This document shows, one piece after another, positions 13,806 through 23,658 of a stretch of 45,163 nt of DNA. The position numbers were made by a program, and so were the translations under genes. The notes under the pieces are model-generated. The model ran no database searches. It had not been told where the DNA came from and saw only the letters and a program-made list of their open reading frames with translations. Position 1 is the stretch's first letter; each line of letters begins with the position of its first letter. The DNA comes from a virus. Taxonomy: Duplodnaviria > Caudoviricetes. The DNA lies in the IMG/VR virus record IMGVR_UViG_3300043416_000185, positions 1 through 45,163 of that record. One strand, written 5' to 3'.

Positions 13806-14097
13806 GAAGAAATCGTCTAAGAAGCCAAAAAAGGCCAAGTTCAACAACGAGCAGTTTGAAGCCCACGCTTTAGACTCTCTTTCCAAAGATATGAAGACAT
13901 GGGACATACCTTGGTCCGTTTGCGTCTTTGGTAGACCGAACTCCGATGATGTCAAGATAATGGTTGCTGGTAAACCAGCAAACATTGACAAACAGCAGAA
14001 CATGCTCTTTATGAAGTCTCTTATGACCATTGCAATCATGGCTCTACAGGAAGGTCTTGACACAGACACTCAAGGGCTTGATATTCTTGACGCTTGA
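13798..14097 (+). CDS. Hypothetical protein
   Basis: ORF from ATG 13798 (MAKKKSSKK...), overlapping the previous stop. Confidence 0.7.
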   Translation: MAKKKSSKKPKKAKFNNEQFEAHALDSLSKDMKTWDIPWSVCVFGRPNSDDVKIMVAGKPANIDKQQNMLFMKSLMTIAIMALQEGLDTDTQGLDILDA

Positions 14098-14191
14098 CTT
14101 TTTAAAAATTTTTTAAACCTTGGTGGTTTATGAATCCCTCTGACCCAAATGAATCAGAAGAGGACGAAGAAATCCCCTTTGAAGAACTAAT

Positions 14192-14767
14192 ATGGCTAAA
14201 AAAACCAAACCCTCAGACGCACCTATACCTCCTCTCTGGACTGGAGTTGCAGGACAAGGTAATCAGAAGATATATTCGCTTGGGGGGAGATGGCATCCTG
14301 TTGGCTCAAAGACGCAGGGGGGTTATCAAGTTGTCGGTGACGATGGGAAGGAAAACCTAATCCTGTCTTGGAACGGACTGCCTATTACTGTTCCTATGGG
14401 CAAGTCTTCTCCTACGCCATATAACCCATCACAACCTACTGATGGGTTCAATATGGCCCCCAAGTGGATGGGTGGCGGTGCTATGTCCTCAACTGAAGAA
14501 GAGCATATGCTTAACAATCCATATATGGACCCCACCCCTCCATTGTCAATAAGCGGAATGGATAAAGATATAGTCAGCAAGACCTATAATGTGATTGACA
14601 GGACTGGCATAGACGAGTTTATAGGCAGGATGAGAGCCGAGAACCCAGATGTAAACTTTGGAACCCTAGAGGACTTCCAGAACGCCACACCAGAACAAAG
14701 AAAAAAGGGTTTCAAAGTCTGGAACAACGCTTCTGAAGACTTTACTGACTTCTTCCAAGACCAATAA
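14192..14767 (+). CDS. Hypothetical protein
   Basis: 191-aa ORF ending 7 nt before tRNA-Thr. Confidence 0.7.
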   Translation: MAKKTKPSDAPIPPLWTGVAGQGNQKIYSLGGRWHPVGSKTQGGYQVVGDDGKENLILSWNGLPITVPMGKSSPTPYNPSQPTDGFNMAPKWMGGGAMSSTEEEHMLNNPYMDPTPPLSISGMDKDIVSKTYNVIDRTGIDEFIGRMRAENPDVNFGTLEDFQNATPEQRKKGFKVWNNASEDFTDFFQDQ

Positions 14768-14774
14768 CACTTTT

Positions 14775-14846
14775 GCCTTGTTAGCACAGCGGTAGTGCGA
14801 CTGTTTTGTAAACAGTAGGTCGTTGGTTCAATCCCAACACAAGGCT
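14775..14846 (+). tRNA. tRNA-Thr(UGU)
   Basis: Acceptor GCCTTGT/ACAAGGC, anticodon arm ACTGT-TTTGTAA-ACAGT, T loop TTCAATC. Confidence 0.93.
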
Positions 14847-14854
14847 CCTTTAAA

Positions 14855-15712
14855 ATGGCTCAAAAACAACAAAAAAGAGAGTTTGAGTTTCTCACTACAG
14901 AGAGACTTGAAGAACTTAGAAAAAGAGGATGGGACGATGAAAAGATTGCTTCATATATTTTCATGGTCAACTCAGAGGGTGGCCCAAAAGAAGAAAACCT
15001 TTTTTATGTAACTCCAGAAAGAGTAGTTGAAGTGTTTCGTAAAAATGCTTTTTTCGCAGGGATGACAGATGAAAAGCAGATGGTTGAAAAAGTAAAAAGT
15101 AGCGGAGTCCTTAGAAACCCAAAATTGTTTGCAAACACATTTTACGGAGATAGGCTTGGAAATAAAGGTGGCGAGGACGGATATAATTTTAGGGGAAGAG
15201 GAAATGTTCAAATGACTGGTAAAGGCAATTATGAAGCAGTTGGTAAACTCATGGGTATCGACTTAATAGCAAATCCAGACCTTGTTTCTTCAGATGGTAA
15301 GATTCAATGGACTTCTGGTGCTGTCTTTGTCGATATGAATGACAAAGGAAACAAAGCGAAAACTCCACGGCAGATGTATAATATAATTAAGCCAGCAACT
15401 TCTTTTGAAGAAAGCCTAAAGCGTGGAAGGGTTCCAAAGGCCAAAGAACTTGATGAAATAGCAAGAAACAATGATTCGTTTAATGCAGTTCAAAAAATTG
15501 CAAATAGACCTATTACTAAAACTCAAATTCCTAAATCATTACCTCCACCTAAAGAGCCAGAAAATACAGTCGTAATAAACGATGACATTGTTGCGTATAG
15601 AAAAAACCCTGTCATTGAGCAACCAGACCCACATAAAAAACCTCTTCAAGAGGGTATGATTTCAATCCAGACATACATGGAAAGAAGAATGCGAGAAGAA
15701 GGTCTTAAGTGA
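14855..15712 (+). CDS. Glycoside hydrolase family 19 (chitinase-like) endolysin
   Basis: EENLFY and YGDRLGN...DGYNFRGRGNVQMTGKGNY...G.DLIANPDLV GH19 signature. Confidence 0.88.
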   Translation: MAQKQQKREFEFLTTERLEELRKRGWDDEKIASYIFMVNSEGGPKEENLFYVTPERVVEVFRKNAFFAGMTDEKQMVEKVKSSGVLRNPKLFANTFYGDRLGNKGGEDGYNFRGRGNVQMTGKGNYEAVGKLMGIDLIANPDLVSSDGKIQWTSGAVFVDMNDKGNKAKTPRQMYNIIKPATSFEESLKRGRVPKAKELDEIARNNDSFNAVQKIANRPITKTQIPKSLPPPKEPENTVVINDDIVAYRKNPVIEQPDPHKKPLQEGMISIQTYMERRMREEGLK

Positions 15713-17313
15713 AGTTATCTGAACATCCAGTCTTAGTAATGCCAACGCAGGAGCAAATAAAGGCTCTTGTGGAAAAACATGGTAAGGATTTCGTAGCCAC
15801 TCTGTTGCAGAACAGAGAGGATAAGATACAGGCAGAGAAACTAGACCCATACAGGCATGGCTACGAACCTAAGCATTGGAATGACGCAGACAAACTGATG
15901 TCCACTTTCGATGAGGTTTGCGTAATGGGTGGCAATCGTGCTGGTAAGACTGAATGGGCGGCTAAGAAAGTCATGCAGATTCTGACAAGCAAGCCAGACG
16001 CTAGAGTGTGGTGTCTGCACACGACATCTCAGTCCAGCATCCAGATGCAACAAAATGTCATTTGGAAATACATGCCAGCAGAACTTAAGACCGCCAAGAA
16101 GACCAAAGTTACTAACATTTCTTATTCACAGAAGAACGGATTCTCAGATAACACCTTTATTCTGCCAAATAAAAGTCAATGTTTCTTCATGAATTACGCC
16201 CAAGATAAGAAGGTCATCGAGGGTGGCGAGGTTGACTTTATCTGGTGCGATGAACTTGTGCCTCTGGATTGGATTGAAACCCTGCGTTACCGCATAGTCA
16301 CAAGACGAGGCAAGATGGCTGTCACCTTTACGCCAGTTCAAGGCTTCTCGCAGGTTGTCAAAGACTATGTTTCTGGTTGTAAGATAAAGAATCAGCGGAC
16401 TGCATCTTTGCTCGATAGCAAGACACAGCATGTGGCTGGATGTGAAAATGGCAAGATGCCATACATAGCACACTCGCTTAGAAAGAACTCAGCCTGTATT
16501 TGGTTCCACTCTGACCTCAATCCATACAATCCGTTTGACCAGTTAGCCAAAACTCTTGAAGGAAAAAACACTTCAGAGGTAAAAATTAGAGCATACGGCT
16601 GGGCAGAAAACACTATAGGCTCTCAATTCCCAAGATTTGATGACCATAATATAATTCCAAAGGACAAAATACCAGAAAAAGGCACAGATTATATGGTTAT
16701 TGACCCTGCTGGTGCTAGAAATTGGTTTATGATATGGGCTAGGGTCACAAAAGATGGAAACATATACATTTTTAGAGAGTTTCCAGACATTTCAATGGGT
16801 GAATGGACTCTTCCTAGTGAAAAATCTGACGGAAAAGCAGGAACGGCACAAAGAAATGGTGCTGGAAGGGGTATTGACGAATACAAGGAACTAATTTTAG
16901 AACTTGAAGGCGATGAAAAACCAGAAAGGCGATTTATTGACCCAAGAGCAGGTGCTACACAAGCAGTTGGTCGTGATGGTGGCACTTCATTGATAGAATT
17001 GCTGGACTCTGGAGATAAGCCTATGTTTTTTGAGCCAGCCGCAGGTTTAAGGCTTGAACAAGGCATTGCTATCATTAATGATTGGCTTGCTTATGACATA
17101 TCTCAGCCAAGAAGCCCAATCAATCAACCTAAGTTATACATTTCTGAAGAGTGCGAGAACCTTATTTACGCAATGCGAGAATGGACTGGTGCGGACGGAG
17201 AAAAGGGAGCATCAAAAGACCCAATTGACTGTCTACGATACCTCGCAGTCATGGCTCCAGAACACAACGATATTACTTCATACAAGACAGGGAATGAAGG
17301 TTTTACTTATTGA
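15709..17313 (+). CDS. terL: Terminase large subunit
   Basis: Walker A GGNRAGKT, Walker B IWCDE, coupling motif TFTP, nuclease motifs VIDPA and KDPIDCLRY. Confidence 0.95.
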   Translation: MKLSEHPVLVMPTQEQIKALVEKHGKDFVATLLQNREDKIQAEKLDPYRHGYEPKHWNDADKLMSTFDEVCVMGGNRAGKTEWAAKKVMQILTSKPDARVWCLHTTSQSSIQMQQNVIWKYMPAELKTAKKTKVTNISYSQKNGFSDNTFILPNKSQCFFMNYAQDKKVIEGGEVDFIWCDELVPLDWIETLRYRIVTRRGKMAVTFTPVQGFSQVVKDYVSGCKIKNQRTASLLDSKTQHVAGCENGKMPYIAHSLRKNSACIWFHSDLNPYNPFDQLAKTLEGKNTSEVKIRAYGWAENTIGSQFPRFDDHNIIPKDKIPEKGTDYMVIDPAGARNWFMIWARVTKDGNIYIFREFPDISMGEWTLPSEKSDGKAGTAQRNGAGRGIDEYKELILELEGDEKPERRFIDPRAGATQAVGRDGGTSLIELLDSGDKPMFFEPAAGLRLEQGIAIINDWLAYDISQPRSPINQPKLYISEECENLIYAMREWTGADGEKGASKDPIDCLRYLAVMAPEHNDITSYKTGNEGFTY

Positions 17314-17315
17314 AG

Positions 17316-17507
17316 ATGGAAAAGTATCCGATATTACTGAGCAAAGCAGAAGCCTCATTGATGACAGGCTTCAATAAGCAATACCTTGACAAATTAAGAA
17401 AAACAGGTCAAGTGTCCGTCTATGTTACAAAGGGCGGTCACCATAAATTTTACAGAGACTCTTTAATCGAACATATAAACAAAAATCTTAAAAATGGAAT
17501 CAGATAA
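17316..17507 (+). CDS. Small excisionase/MerR-like HTH protein
   Basis: LLSKAEASLMTG...L.KLRKTGQV....TKGGHHKFYRDSL pattern; lies between terL and portal. Confidence 0.7.
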   Translation: MEKYPILLSKAEASLMTGFNKQYLDKLRKTGQVSVYVTKGGHHKFYRDSLIEHINKNLKNGIR

Positions 17508-19755
17508 TAACTATAAGAACGGCATGCGGGATAAACTTGCATTTGCGAGCGAAACCCCAGACATCGAGGAATTGAATTTTGAATTCAAGCGTTCCGTGTA
17601 TAACGGCTCGTTTGCTACTGGCCTTGAGGCTGTCGATGACATGCGTTTCTGCCGATGGGAAGGCCAGTCTGATGACGGCAAGAAGTATTCGGACTTCAGA
17701 GGCAACGGAACCCCAGCAATGCCGTTTGAAGGTGCTTCAGATGTCAGAATCCGACTTATAGACAGAGTTATCAATGAAGTCGTTGCCCTGTGCGTGAACA
17801 CATGGAAGGCCAGCAAGATTCGTGTCACAGGAAACACCACGGAAGACGGAGCGATGGCGGCGGCTTGCACGACACTTCTTACGCATGTCATCAGCGGAAG
17901 ACTCAAGATTGACTCGCTCAGAGAGGCTAAGTTGCTCGCCAACTATGCCAACACATACGGCTGGTCTGCTATGTTTGTCGGCTGGGAGCAGGAAATCGGC
18001 AAGCGTGAGCAGAAGATATCAATGCAACAGATTGAAGAAGTCTGCATGATGGCCTTACAGCAAGACCCAAACTCAATCATCGGTCAACTGCCAAACTACA
18101 TCATGGATGAGAACTCCAGAGACTTGGCTATATCCCTGCTTCAACTGGCTGTTGATAACCTTGATGAAGCAGAACTTGGTCGAATGGTCGATGAACTAAG
18201 AACAAGTGGTCAAACCAAGACTTTCATTGAGCAAATAACCAAGAATCTTCCTGTCATAACGGCTCTCAAGCCATATGACGAAATCTGCTTCCCTCCAGAG
18301 ACAATCGAACTCCAGAAGGCCAGAGTCATCTTCAGAAGAGTCTACATGACTGAAGTTGAGGTTCGTTCCATGATTAAGACGGAAGGCTGGGACCAAGAAT
18401 ATATCGAAACAGCCATAAACACCGCTGGCAAGACGGCTTGGTATAACGACCCTAACATCACGCCTCCTGTCATGTTGCTCGACAACAGGCAGTATCGCAA
18501 TAACAACTTAATCGAGGTTGTCTATGCCTACACAAAGCAAATCGATGAGACAGGCACTCCCTGCATCTACTATACCGCCTTCACTCCTCAGTCTAACTCA
18601 AGTGGATTCTTTATTCACAATAAACTGAGTTATGCTCATGGTCAGTATCCGTTCATTCCTTATCGCAAGGAGTTTATCCGTAAGTCAATAAACCAGAGCA
18701 GAGGTATCCCAGAGATTCTGATGACTGAACAGGCTGAGATGAAGGCACAGCACGACTCTCTGCGTGACAGAACCTCGATTGAGACATTCCCGCCTATCCT
18801 TGTTAAGCGTAGAGCCCAAGGTCTTACCAAGATTGGCCCAGCCATCCAAGTGCCAGTCATGTCACCAGATGACTTCCGCTTCATGGAGCCACCCAAGGGG
18901 ACACCGAACCTTGCGTTCTCCATCATCCAGCAGGTTGAAAAGAATGCGGCAGTCTACTTTGGCATTCCGAATGAACTGGTTCCGCAGACCACCACGCAGA
19001 TTATCCAGCAGTCCATCGTTGACGATTGGCTTACTGTCTGGGCTGAAGTGTATACCCATGTCCTTCAACTTTGCCTCCAATACATGCCAGCGGAAGAACT
19101 GGAGCGTATCACCTCGATTTCGCTTCCACAGAACATCACCGACATCGCCTCGCAGTTTGACTTTGAGGTCAAGTTCGATGTTCGTGACCTTGACAACGAG
19201 TATGTGATGAAGAAGTTACAGGCCATCAATCAGTTCGTCCTGCCTATGGATTCTGGAGGTGCTATTGACAGAAACAAGTTGGTGGCTAAGTTGGTTGAGG
19301 CTATCTCGCCAGATATTGCCAAGGACATCATTATTGACCAGACTACGGCTTCCCAGAAGATGTATCGTGATGTCCAGACGGACATTGCCCTCATGCTTAT
19401 GGGGATTGAGGCTCAATACACCGAGAATGACCCTACAGCCCCTTCTAAGTTGCAATACGCCCAAGATGTCATCCAGAAGAATCCAAAGGCACAGCAAGCC
19501 TTGCAGGGGGACCAATTCTTCCAAGCCCTATTCCAGAACTACGCCAAGAATCTGCAAATGTCAATACAGCAACAGCAGAACGCCCAGATTGGCAGGACTG
19601 GTGTTACTCCTGTGTCTGACCAGTTCGCACAGGAACAACAGGCGGCTATGCAGGAACAGGGACAGCAACAGGTTTCGCCAGAACAGCAACAGCAGATGGC
19701 TATGCAAGAGGCTTACATGCGAGCCAACCCACAACCTAACCAGCAGATGCAATAA
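17494..19755 (+). CDS. Portal protein
   Basis: 753 aa after terL and before scaffold and capsid; SRGIPE motif; Q-rich C-terminus typical of podovirus portals. Confidence 0.85.
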   Translation: MESDNNYKNGMRDKLAFASETPDIEELNFEFKRSVYNGSFATGLEAVDDMRFCRWEGQSDDGKKYSDFRGNGTPAMPFEGASDVRIRLIDRVINEVVALCVNTWKASKIRVTGNTTEDGAMAAACTTLLTHVISGRLKIDSLREAKLLANYANTYGWSAMFVGWEQEIGKREQKISMQQIEEVCMMALQQDPNSIIGQLPNYIMDENSRDLAISLLQLAVDNLDEAELGRMVDELRTSGQTKTFIEQITKNLPVITALKPYDEICFPPETIELQKARVIFRRVYMTEVEVRSMIKTEGWDQEYIETAINTAGKTAWYNDPNITPPVMLLDNRQYRNNNLIEVVYAYTKQIDETGTPCIYYTAFTPQSNSSGFFIHNKLSYAHGQYPFIPYRKEFIRKSINQSRGIPEILMTEQAEMKAQHDSLRDRTSIETFPPILVKRRAQGLTKIGPAIQVPVMSPDDFRFMEPPKGTPNLAFSIIQQVEKNAAVYFGIPNELVPQTTTQIIQQSIVDDWLTVWAEVYTHVLQLCLQYMPAEELERITSISLPQNITDIASQFDFEVKFDVRDLDNEYVMKKLQAINQFVLPMDSGGAIDRNKLVAKLVEAISPDIAKDIIIDQTTASQKMYRDVQTDIALMLMGIEAQYTENDPTAPSKLQYAQDVIQKNPKAQQALQGDQFFQALFQNYAKNLQMSIQQQQNAQIGRTGVTPVSDQFAQEQQAAMQEQGQQQVSPEQQQQMAMQEAYMRANPQPNQQMQ

Positions 19756-20024
19756 TGAGTAAACCTATATACGATAAAGCCGTGTTTTCCTTCACGGACG
19801 GAGTTCCTAAGCAATTATGGACTGCAATGATGCTTATTCTTGACCAGAACATTAAGGTCGAGACTGAGATTGCTGTAAGTCAAGAAATTGAGGGTGAAAA
19901 GCGTGTTCATCAATGCGGAAGAGTTAATGCCTTAAGAGAATTTAGAGATATGCTTATTTCCGAAAGAAAAGAGGCTCTTGATTCTGCAAACATCAATTGG
20001 GCATCAGATGAAACCCTTAAGTAA
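19755..20024 (+). CDS. Small hypothetical protein following the portal
   Basis: 89 aa, TAATG-coupled; R.HQCGRVNAL motif like small post-portal proteins. Confidence 0.7.
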   Translation: MSKPIYDKAVFSFTDGVPKQLWTAMMLILDQNIKVETEIAVSQEIEGEKRVHQCGRVNALREFRDMLISERKEALDSANINWASDETLK

Positions 20025-20152
20025 GGGCAAAATGCTATAAAATCGAAAATCTGGACTCGATAACTTGACCAGAATGAATTTGGCACTAAAAGTGTCATTA
20101 AGTTTCTGAGAACTTAAAACTCTGACCAAAAAACAGGACTTGGACCTTAACC

Positions 20153-21118
20153 ATGACTACAAACGATAATATGGACGGCACTCCAGAGGCTACGCCTCAA
20201 ATTGCCAAGAATAACTCAGTTCTTAATGAAGCATCGCTCAAGGATATCCTTATGAGTGACTTTTCGCTGGTTGAGTCAAGCGAAACGGATACTGGTGAAT
20301 CCGAGACAAATAATCCAGAAGACTATTCATCTACCGATGAAGCCGTGGATAACTTCACGAACTTTGAGGAACAGGATAGCGAAACACAAGAACAAGACGC
20401 TGACGAGGAACCAGTCAACAAAGGTGTCCAGAAGAGAATCGACAAACTGACGGCAAAGCGGAGAGAGGCAGAAGCCAAAATCGCTGAACTTGAAGCCAAG
20501 GTTAAGCAACTGGAAGCCAAGGAGACTGAAGTATCTACTCCAAAGAGTTACAAGGACCAAGCAAACCCATATTCAAATCTCAATAGTCGTGCGGAAATCG
20601 AGGCAGAGATTGCCCAAGCAAGACAAGTGAGACGCTGGTGTGAGGAAAATGCGGACGGAGTTGTAATCGCTGACGAGAACGGAAATGAGAAGATTTATTC
20701 CGCAGAAGATGTGAGACGAATCAAACTCAATTCTATGGATGCACTCGATGAACATCTGCCCAAACGAGCCCAATACATAGCGGCTAAAGAGCAGATAGAC
20801 AAGGTGGCAGAAAATGAATATAAGTGGTATAAGGACCGCAGTTCCAAGGAACTGCAAATCGCCCAGAACTTTATCAAGGCGTTCCCCGAAATCACTAGGT
20901 TCCCAGACTATAAGATTGTTGTCGGTGACTACATCCGAGGCATGAAAGCCAGAGAAGGTAACAGACAGCAGAATATTCAGAAAGCCCCAGTTCAGCCTAC
21001 AGGAAACGCTTCGTATCCAATTAGCCGAAAGGACTCTAATGCTAAGGATGCCACTTCACGATTCCTAAAGTCTCGTTCTTCTTCTGACCTAACAGAAGTG
21101 CTGAAGCAATTCATCTAA
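20153..21118 (+). CDS. Capsid scaffolding protein
   Basis: Acidic disordered N-terminus, GVQKRIDKLTAKRREAE coiled coil, immediately upstream of the capsid gene. Confidence 0.8.
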   Translation: MTTNDNMDGTPEATPQIAKNNSVLNEASLKDILMSDFSLVESSETDTGESETNNPEDYSSTDEAVDNFTNFEEQDSETQEQDADEEPVNKGVQKRIDKLTAKRREAEAKIAELEAKVKQLEAKETEVSTPKSYKDQANPYSNLNSRAEIEAEIAQARQVRRWCEENADGVVIADENGNEKIYSAEDVRRIKLNSMDALDEHLPKRAQYIAAKEQIDKVAENEYKWYKDRSSKELQIAQNFIKAFPEITRFPDYKIVVGDYIRGMKAREGNRQQNIQKAPVQPTGNASYPISRKDSNAKDATSRFLKSRSSSDLTEVLKQFI

Positions 21119-21147
21119 AGAGTTCAACTTCCAAATATATTATCATC

Positions 21148-22224
21148 ATGGCAAGTCTTACAGAAAGAAACATCGTCTCTGGTAAGCGAGAAGCCCTCGC
21201 TGACCTCATCTCACTCGTTGATGCTAAGGATACCCCCCTTACATCGATGGCTCCAAAGGCCGCAAAACCTGGCAATACTCACTTCCGCTGGCAGGTGGAT
21301 TCACTTCCTAATGCTGTCGTTCAGTCCACAGGCGTGGTTGACGGCACAGATGTGAATGTCGCTACAGACCCTGTGAACTTTGTTAAGGATGGCTCGACCC
21401 AGTATCGTCACGAACTGTCGAACCACATCCAAGAGTTCCGCAAGTCTGTCCGTGTCTCCCCACTCACCATCGACATCGCTGTCGTTGCTGGCGTGAGAGA
21501 CGAACTGGCTAACAACATCTCAAAGGGCATGACCATGCTTAAGCGTGACATGGAAAAGACCTTTGGTTCCTACAACCTCCCCAAGTCTGACGATGGTTCG
21601 TCACAGGGTTATGTCAGCCGTGGTCTTGACTCTTGGATTCGTCCAGTCAAGACAACTGGCGGTGTTGTTGGTAACGACAACTACCTCGATGTCCCTACGG
21701 CCTTCCTCACTCCTGCTACCTCATGCGTTGGTAACGCCACCGCTACTGCCGAATCGACCACCAGCGTCACCACGCTGACCGAAACGACTGTGCAGGACAT
21801 GCTGACATCCATCTACCAGCAGACTGGTCAGTATCGTGCCTATGACGCTCTTGTCGGCCCTAACCTCAAGAGAGCCTTCACGAACCTGCTCTACACCAAC
21901 AGAGCCGCTGACTCCGATGTCGCTCAAGCCCAAATCCAGACCATCAATCGTAATGGTTCTGACTCTTCTTACATCTCGTCCGTGGATGTCTTTGAAGGCG
22001 ATTTCGGTCAGATTCGTCTCCACCCCTCCCTGTTCCTTAAGAACATGAACTGCGGTTACATCCTTCCGATGGACCTCCTCGAAATCCGCTATGGCGGTTC
22101 CGTTGCTGGCATCAAGGAACTCACCGACAATGGTGGTGGCCCTGCTCGTCTTATCAACGCCATTGCTTCACTCTGCGTGAAGAATCCTCTGGCCTTCGGT
22201 AAGTTCGACTACGCTGGCTCGTAA
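21148..22224 (+). CDS. Major capsid protein (DUF5309/SU10-like)
   Basis: REALADLI...DTPLTSM...HFRWQVDSL...LSNHIQEFRKSVRVS...D.E motifs and position. Confidence 0.9.
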   Translation: MASLTERNIVSGKREALADLISLVDAKDTPLTSMAPKAAKPGNTHFRWQVDSLPNAVVQSTGVVDGTDVNVATDPVNFVKDGSTQYRHELSNHIQEFRKSVRVSPLTIDIAVVAGVRDELANNISKGMTMLKRDMEKTFGSYNLPKSDDGSSQGYVSRGLDSWIRPVKTTGGVVGNDNYLDVPTAFLTPATSCVGNATATAESTTSVTTLTETTVQDMLTSIYQQTGQYRAYDALVGPNLKRAFTNLLYTNRAADSDVAQAQIQTINRNGSDSSYISSVDVFEGDFGQIRLHPSLFLKNMNCGYILPMDLLEIRYGGSVAGIKELTDNGGGPARLINAIASLCVKNPLAFGKFDYAGS

Positions 22225-22229
22225 TCAGC

Positions 22230-22595
22230 ATGGCTAGCGAGATTATAACATCGTTAGCGGAATCGATTCCCTCCCACCTCCGCAAGGAGGTGGAGAGGGA
22301 ACTTCTCCGTGGTTGGAGAATGAACGAGGTCAAGGCACAGCACCAAGCAAAGAATATTGCCAACTTCGGTCATAACAATGCCGCTAATACCATCGATGGT
22401 GTTGGCGTTTTAAAGGCTAGAATCCCTCCAGATGCGTATCACTACTGGGGTCATAGGCTTGGCTATGAATGTTGGAGTGATAAACAATTTCTCAATGAGT
22501 TCATGCGGGACAACCCAGAGGTTGCCGTCAGAAACTACACAAAGAAGACTGTTGTTCGTGGTGCAGTCTTCACAGCAGACGGATACCTAACATGA
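22230..22595 (+). CDS. Hypothetical protein downstream of the capsid gene
   Basis: 121 aa with ARIP...Y..W...GYECW.D..F...F.RDNPE motif. Confidence 0.75.
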   Translation: MASEIITSLAESIPSHLRKEVERELLRGWRMNEVKAQHQAKNIANFGHNNAANTIDGVGVLKARIPPDAYHYWGHRLGYECWSDKQFLNEFMRDNPEVAVRNYTKKTVVRGAVFTADGYLT

Positions 22596-23353
22596 AAACA
22601 GTAGACTTCGGCAGAATCCTAACAGAAACCATCCAACTCTGCGGACTTGATGTTTCAGAGGTTACTGTTGACACTTTCATACAGATGAGGGACTTTGCCT
22701 CAAATCGTCTCAAGATGGCTTGGGAATACGATAAGTGGCCCGACCTCACAAGATACGAGGAAAGAACAGTCCAAAAGGACAGCAATGTCAGTTATCTCAC
22801 TAAACCTTCTGATGCTTCAGAGGTTTTTGCCGTTTGGGACAGAAATCCAAACGAAACAACTAGGGCTATGAATCTTGACTTCAAGATTGTTCATACCAAC
22901 ACAGAGGAACGGCTGGTCTTCAAGACTAGCGTTGTTTCAAGTGCTTGGCTTGAATATCGCATAGAACCTGTTACACTTACTGGAACTCCGTGGAATTCAA
23001 GCATTACATACTACGCAGGTTCACAAGTCGCATTTGACTCTGGTTCAAATAGTGGAGCCTTAGAGCCTGTTGAGGGAAGACCTTTCAGTCTCAAGTTCTA
23101 CAATTGCATAAAGAACAACACCAATACGAACCCATCTACCAACACGGAGAACTGGGTCGAGGTTAAGATTCCATACATCTTCACGCAATACATCGCCAGA
23201 GGCGTATTTGCTGACTATCTTAGGTCTGAAGGTCAGTTTGAGTCTGCCATGCAAGCGGAGCAAGAAGCCAAGTATTTCCTTGATATCGAAATCGACAAAC
23301 TCGCCAGACAACAAAGCCAAGTAAACAGAATTAACTTCATCAAATCATACTAA
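22592..23353 (+). CDS. Head-tail adaptor / tail tubular protein A-like
   Basis: Position and helical ends (AWEYDKWP; IPYIF..YIARG..AD) with an inserted WNSSITYYAGSQV module. Confidence 0.6.
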   Translation: MKTVDFGRILTETIQLCGLDVSEVTVDTFIQMRDFASNRLKMAWEYDKWPDLTRYEERTVQKDSNVSYLTKPSDASEVFAVWDRNPNETTRAMNLDFKIVHTNTEERLVFKTSVVSSAWLEYRIEPVTLTGTPWNSSITYYAGSQVAFDSGSNSGALEPVEGRPFSLKFYNCIKNNTNTNPSTNTENWVEVKIPYIFTQYIARGVFADYLRSEGQFESAMQAEQEAKYFLDIEIDKLARQQSQVNRINFIKSY

Positions 23354-23355
23354 TT

Positions 23356-23658
23356 ATGTCACATATATCCGTATCATCTCCATTCCTTGTCTCGTTCACA
23401 CACGCTGACATTGCCGTGGATAACACAGTCCCGACAGAAGTTCTCGCCACAGCCCCTACTGGCACACGCAGAATTCTTACTGTCGTTCAGAACAAGCACT
23501 CGACAGCCACCATACAGGTTATCCTTAACTCTACTGGTAGCACAGGCATCGCAGTCCTTGCTGGTAGTAACCTTACCCTTGATAACTACAACGGCCCTGT
23601 TCGCTGTATCAGCACAGTTGATGACAGCATAGTCCATATCGCTTACGCCACCGCCTAA
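23356..23658 (+). CDS. Small beta-rich virion protein
   Basis: 100 aa with an RR.L.VQN motif, in the tail module. Confidence 0.6.
   Translation: MSHISVSSPFLVSFTHADIAVDNTVPTEVLATAPTGTRRILTVVQNKHSTATIQVILNSTGSTGIAVLAGSNLTLDNYNGPVRCISTVDDSIVHIAYATA

Noticed and set aside
14130-14360. 76-aa ORF MNPSDPNESEEDEE...
   Set aside because: It mostly overlaps the longer ORF 14192-14767 in another frame, with no independent support. It cannot be fully excluded.
17316-17507. Excisionase as evidence of lysogeny
   Set aside because: No integrase or att site was found. The fold is common in regulators, and the gene sits in the packaging operon.
20060-20150. Late promoter and hairpin upstream of the scaffold gene
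   Set aside because: TTGACC has no convincing -10 box at 17 bp, and the AAGTT/AACTT hairpin is too short to call.
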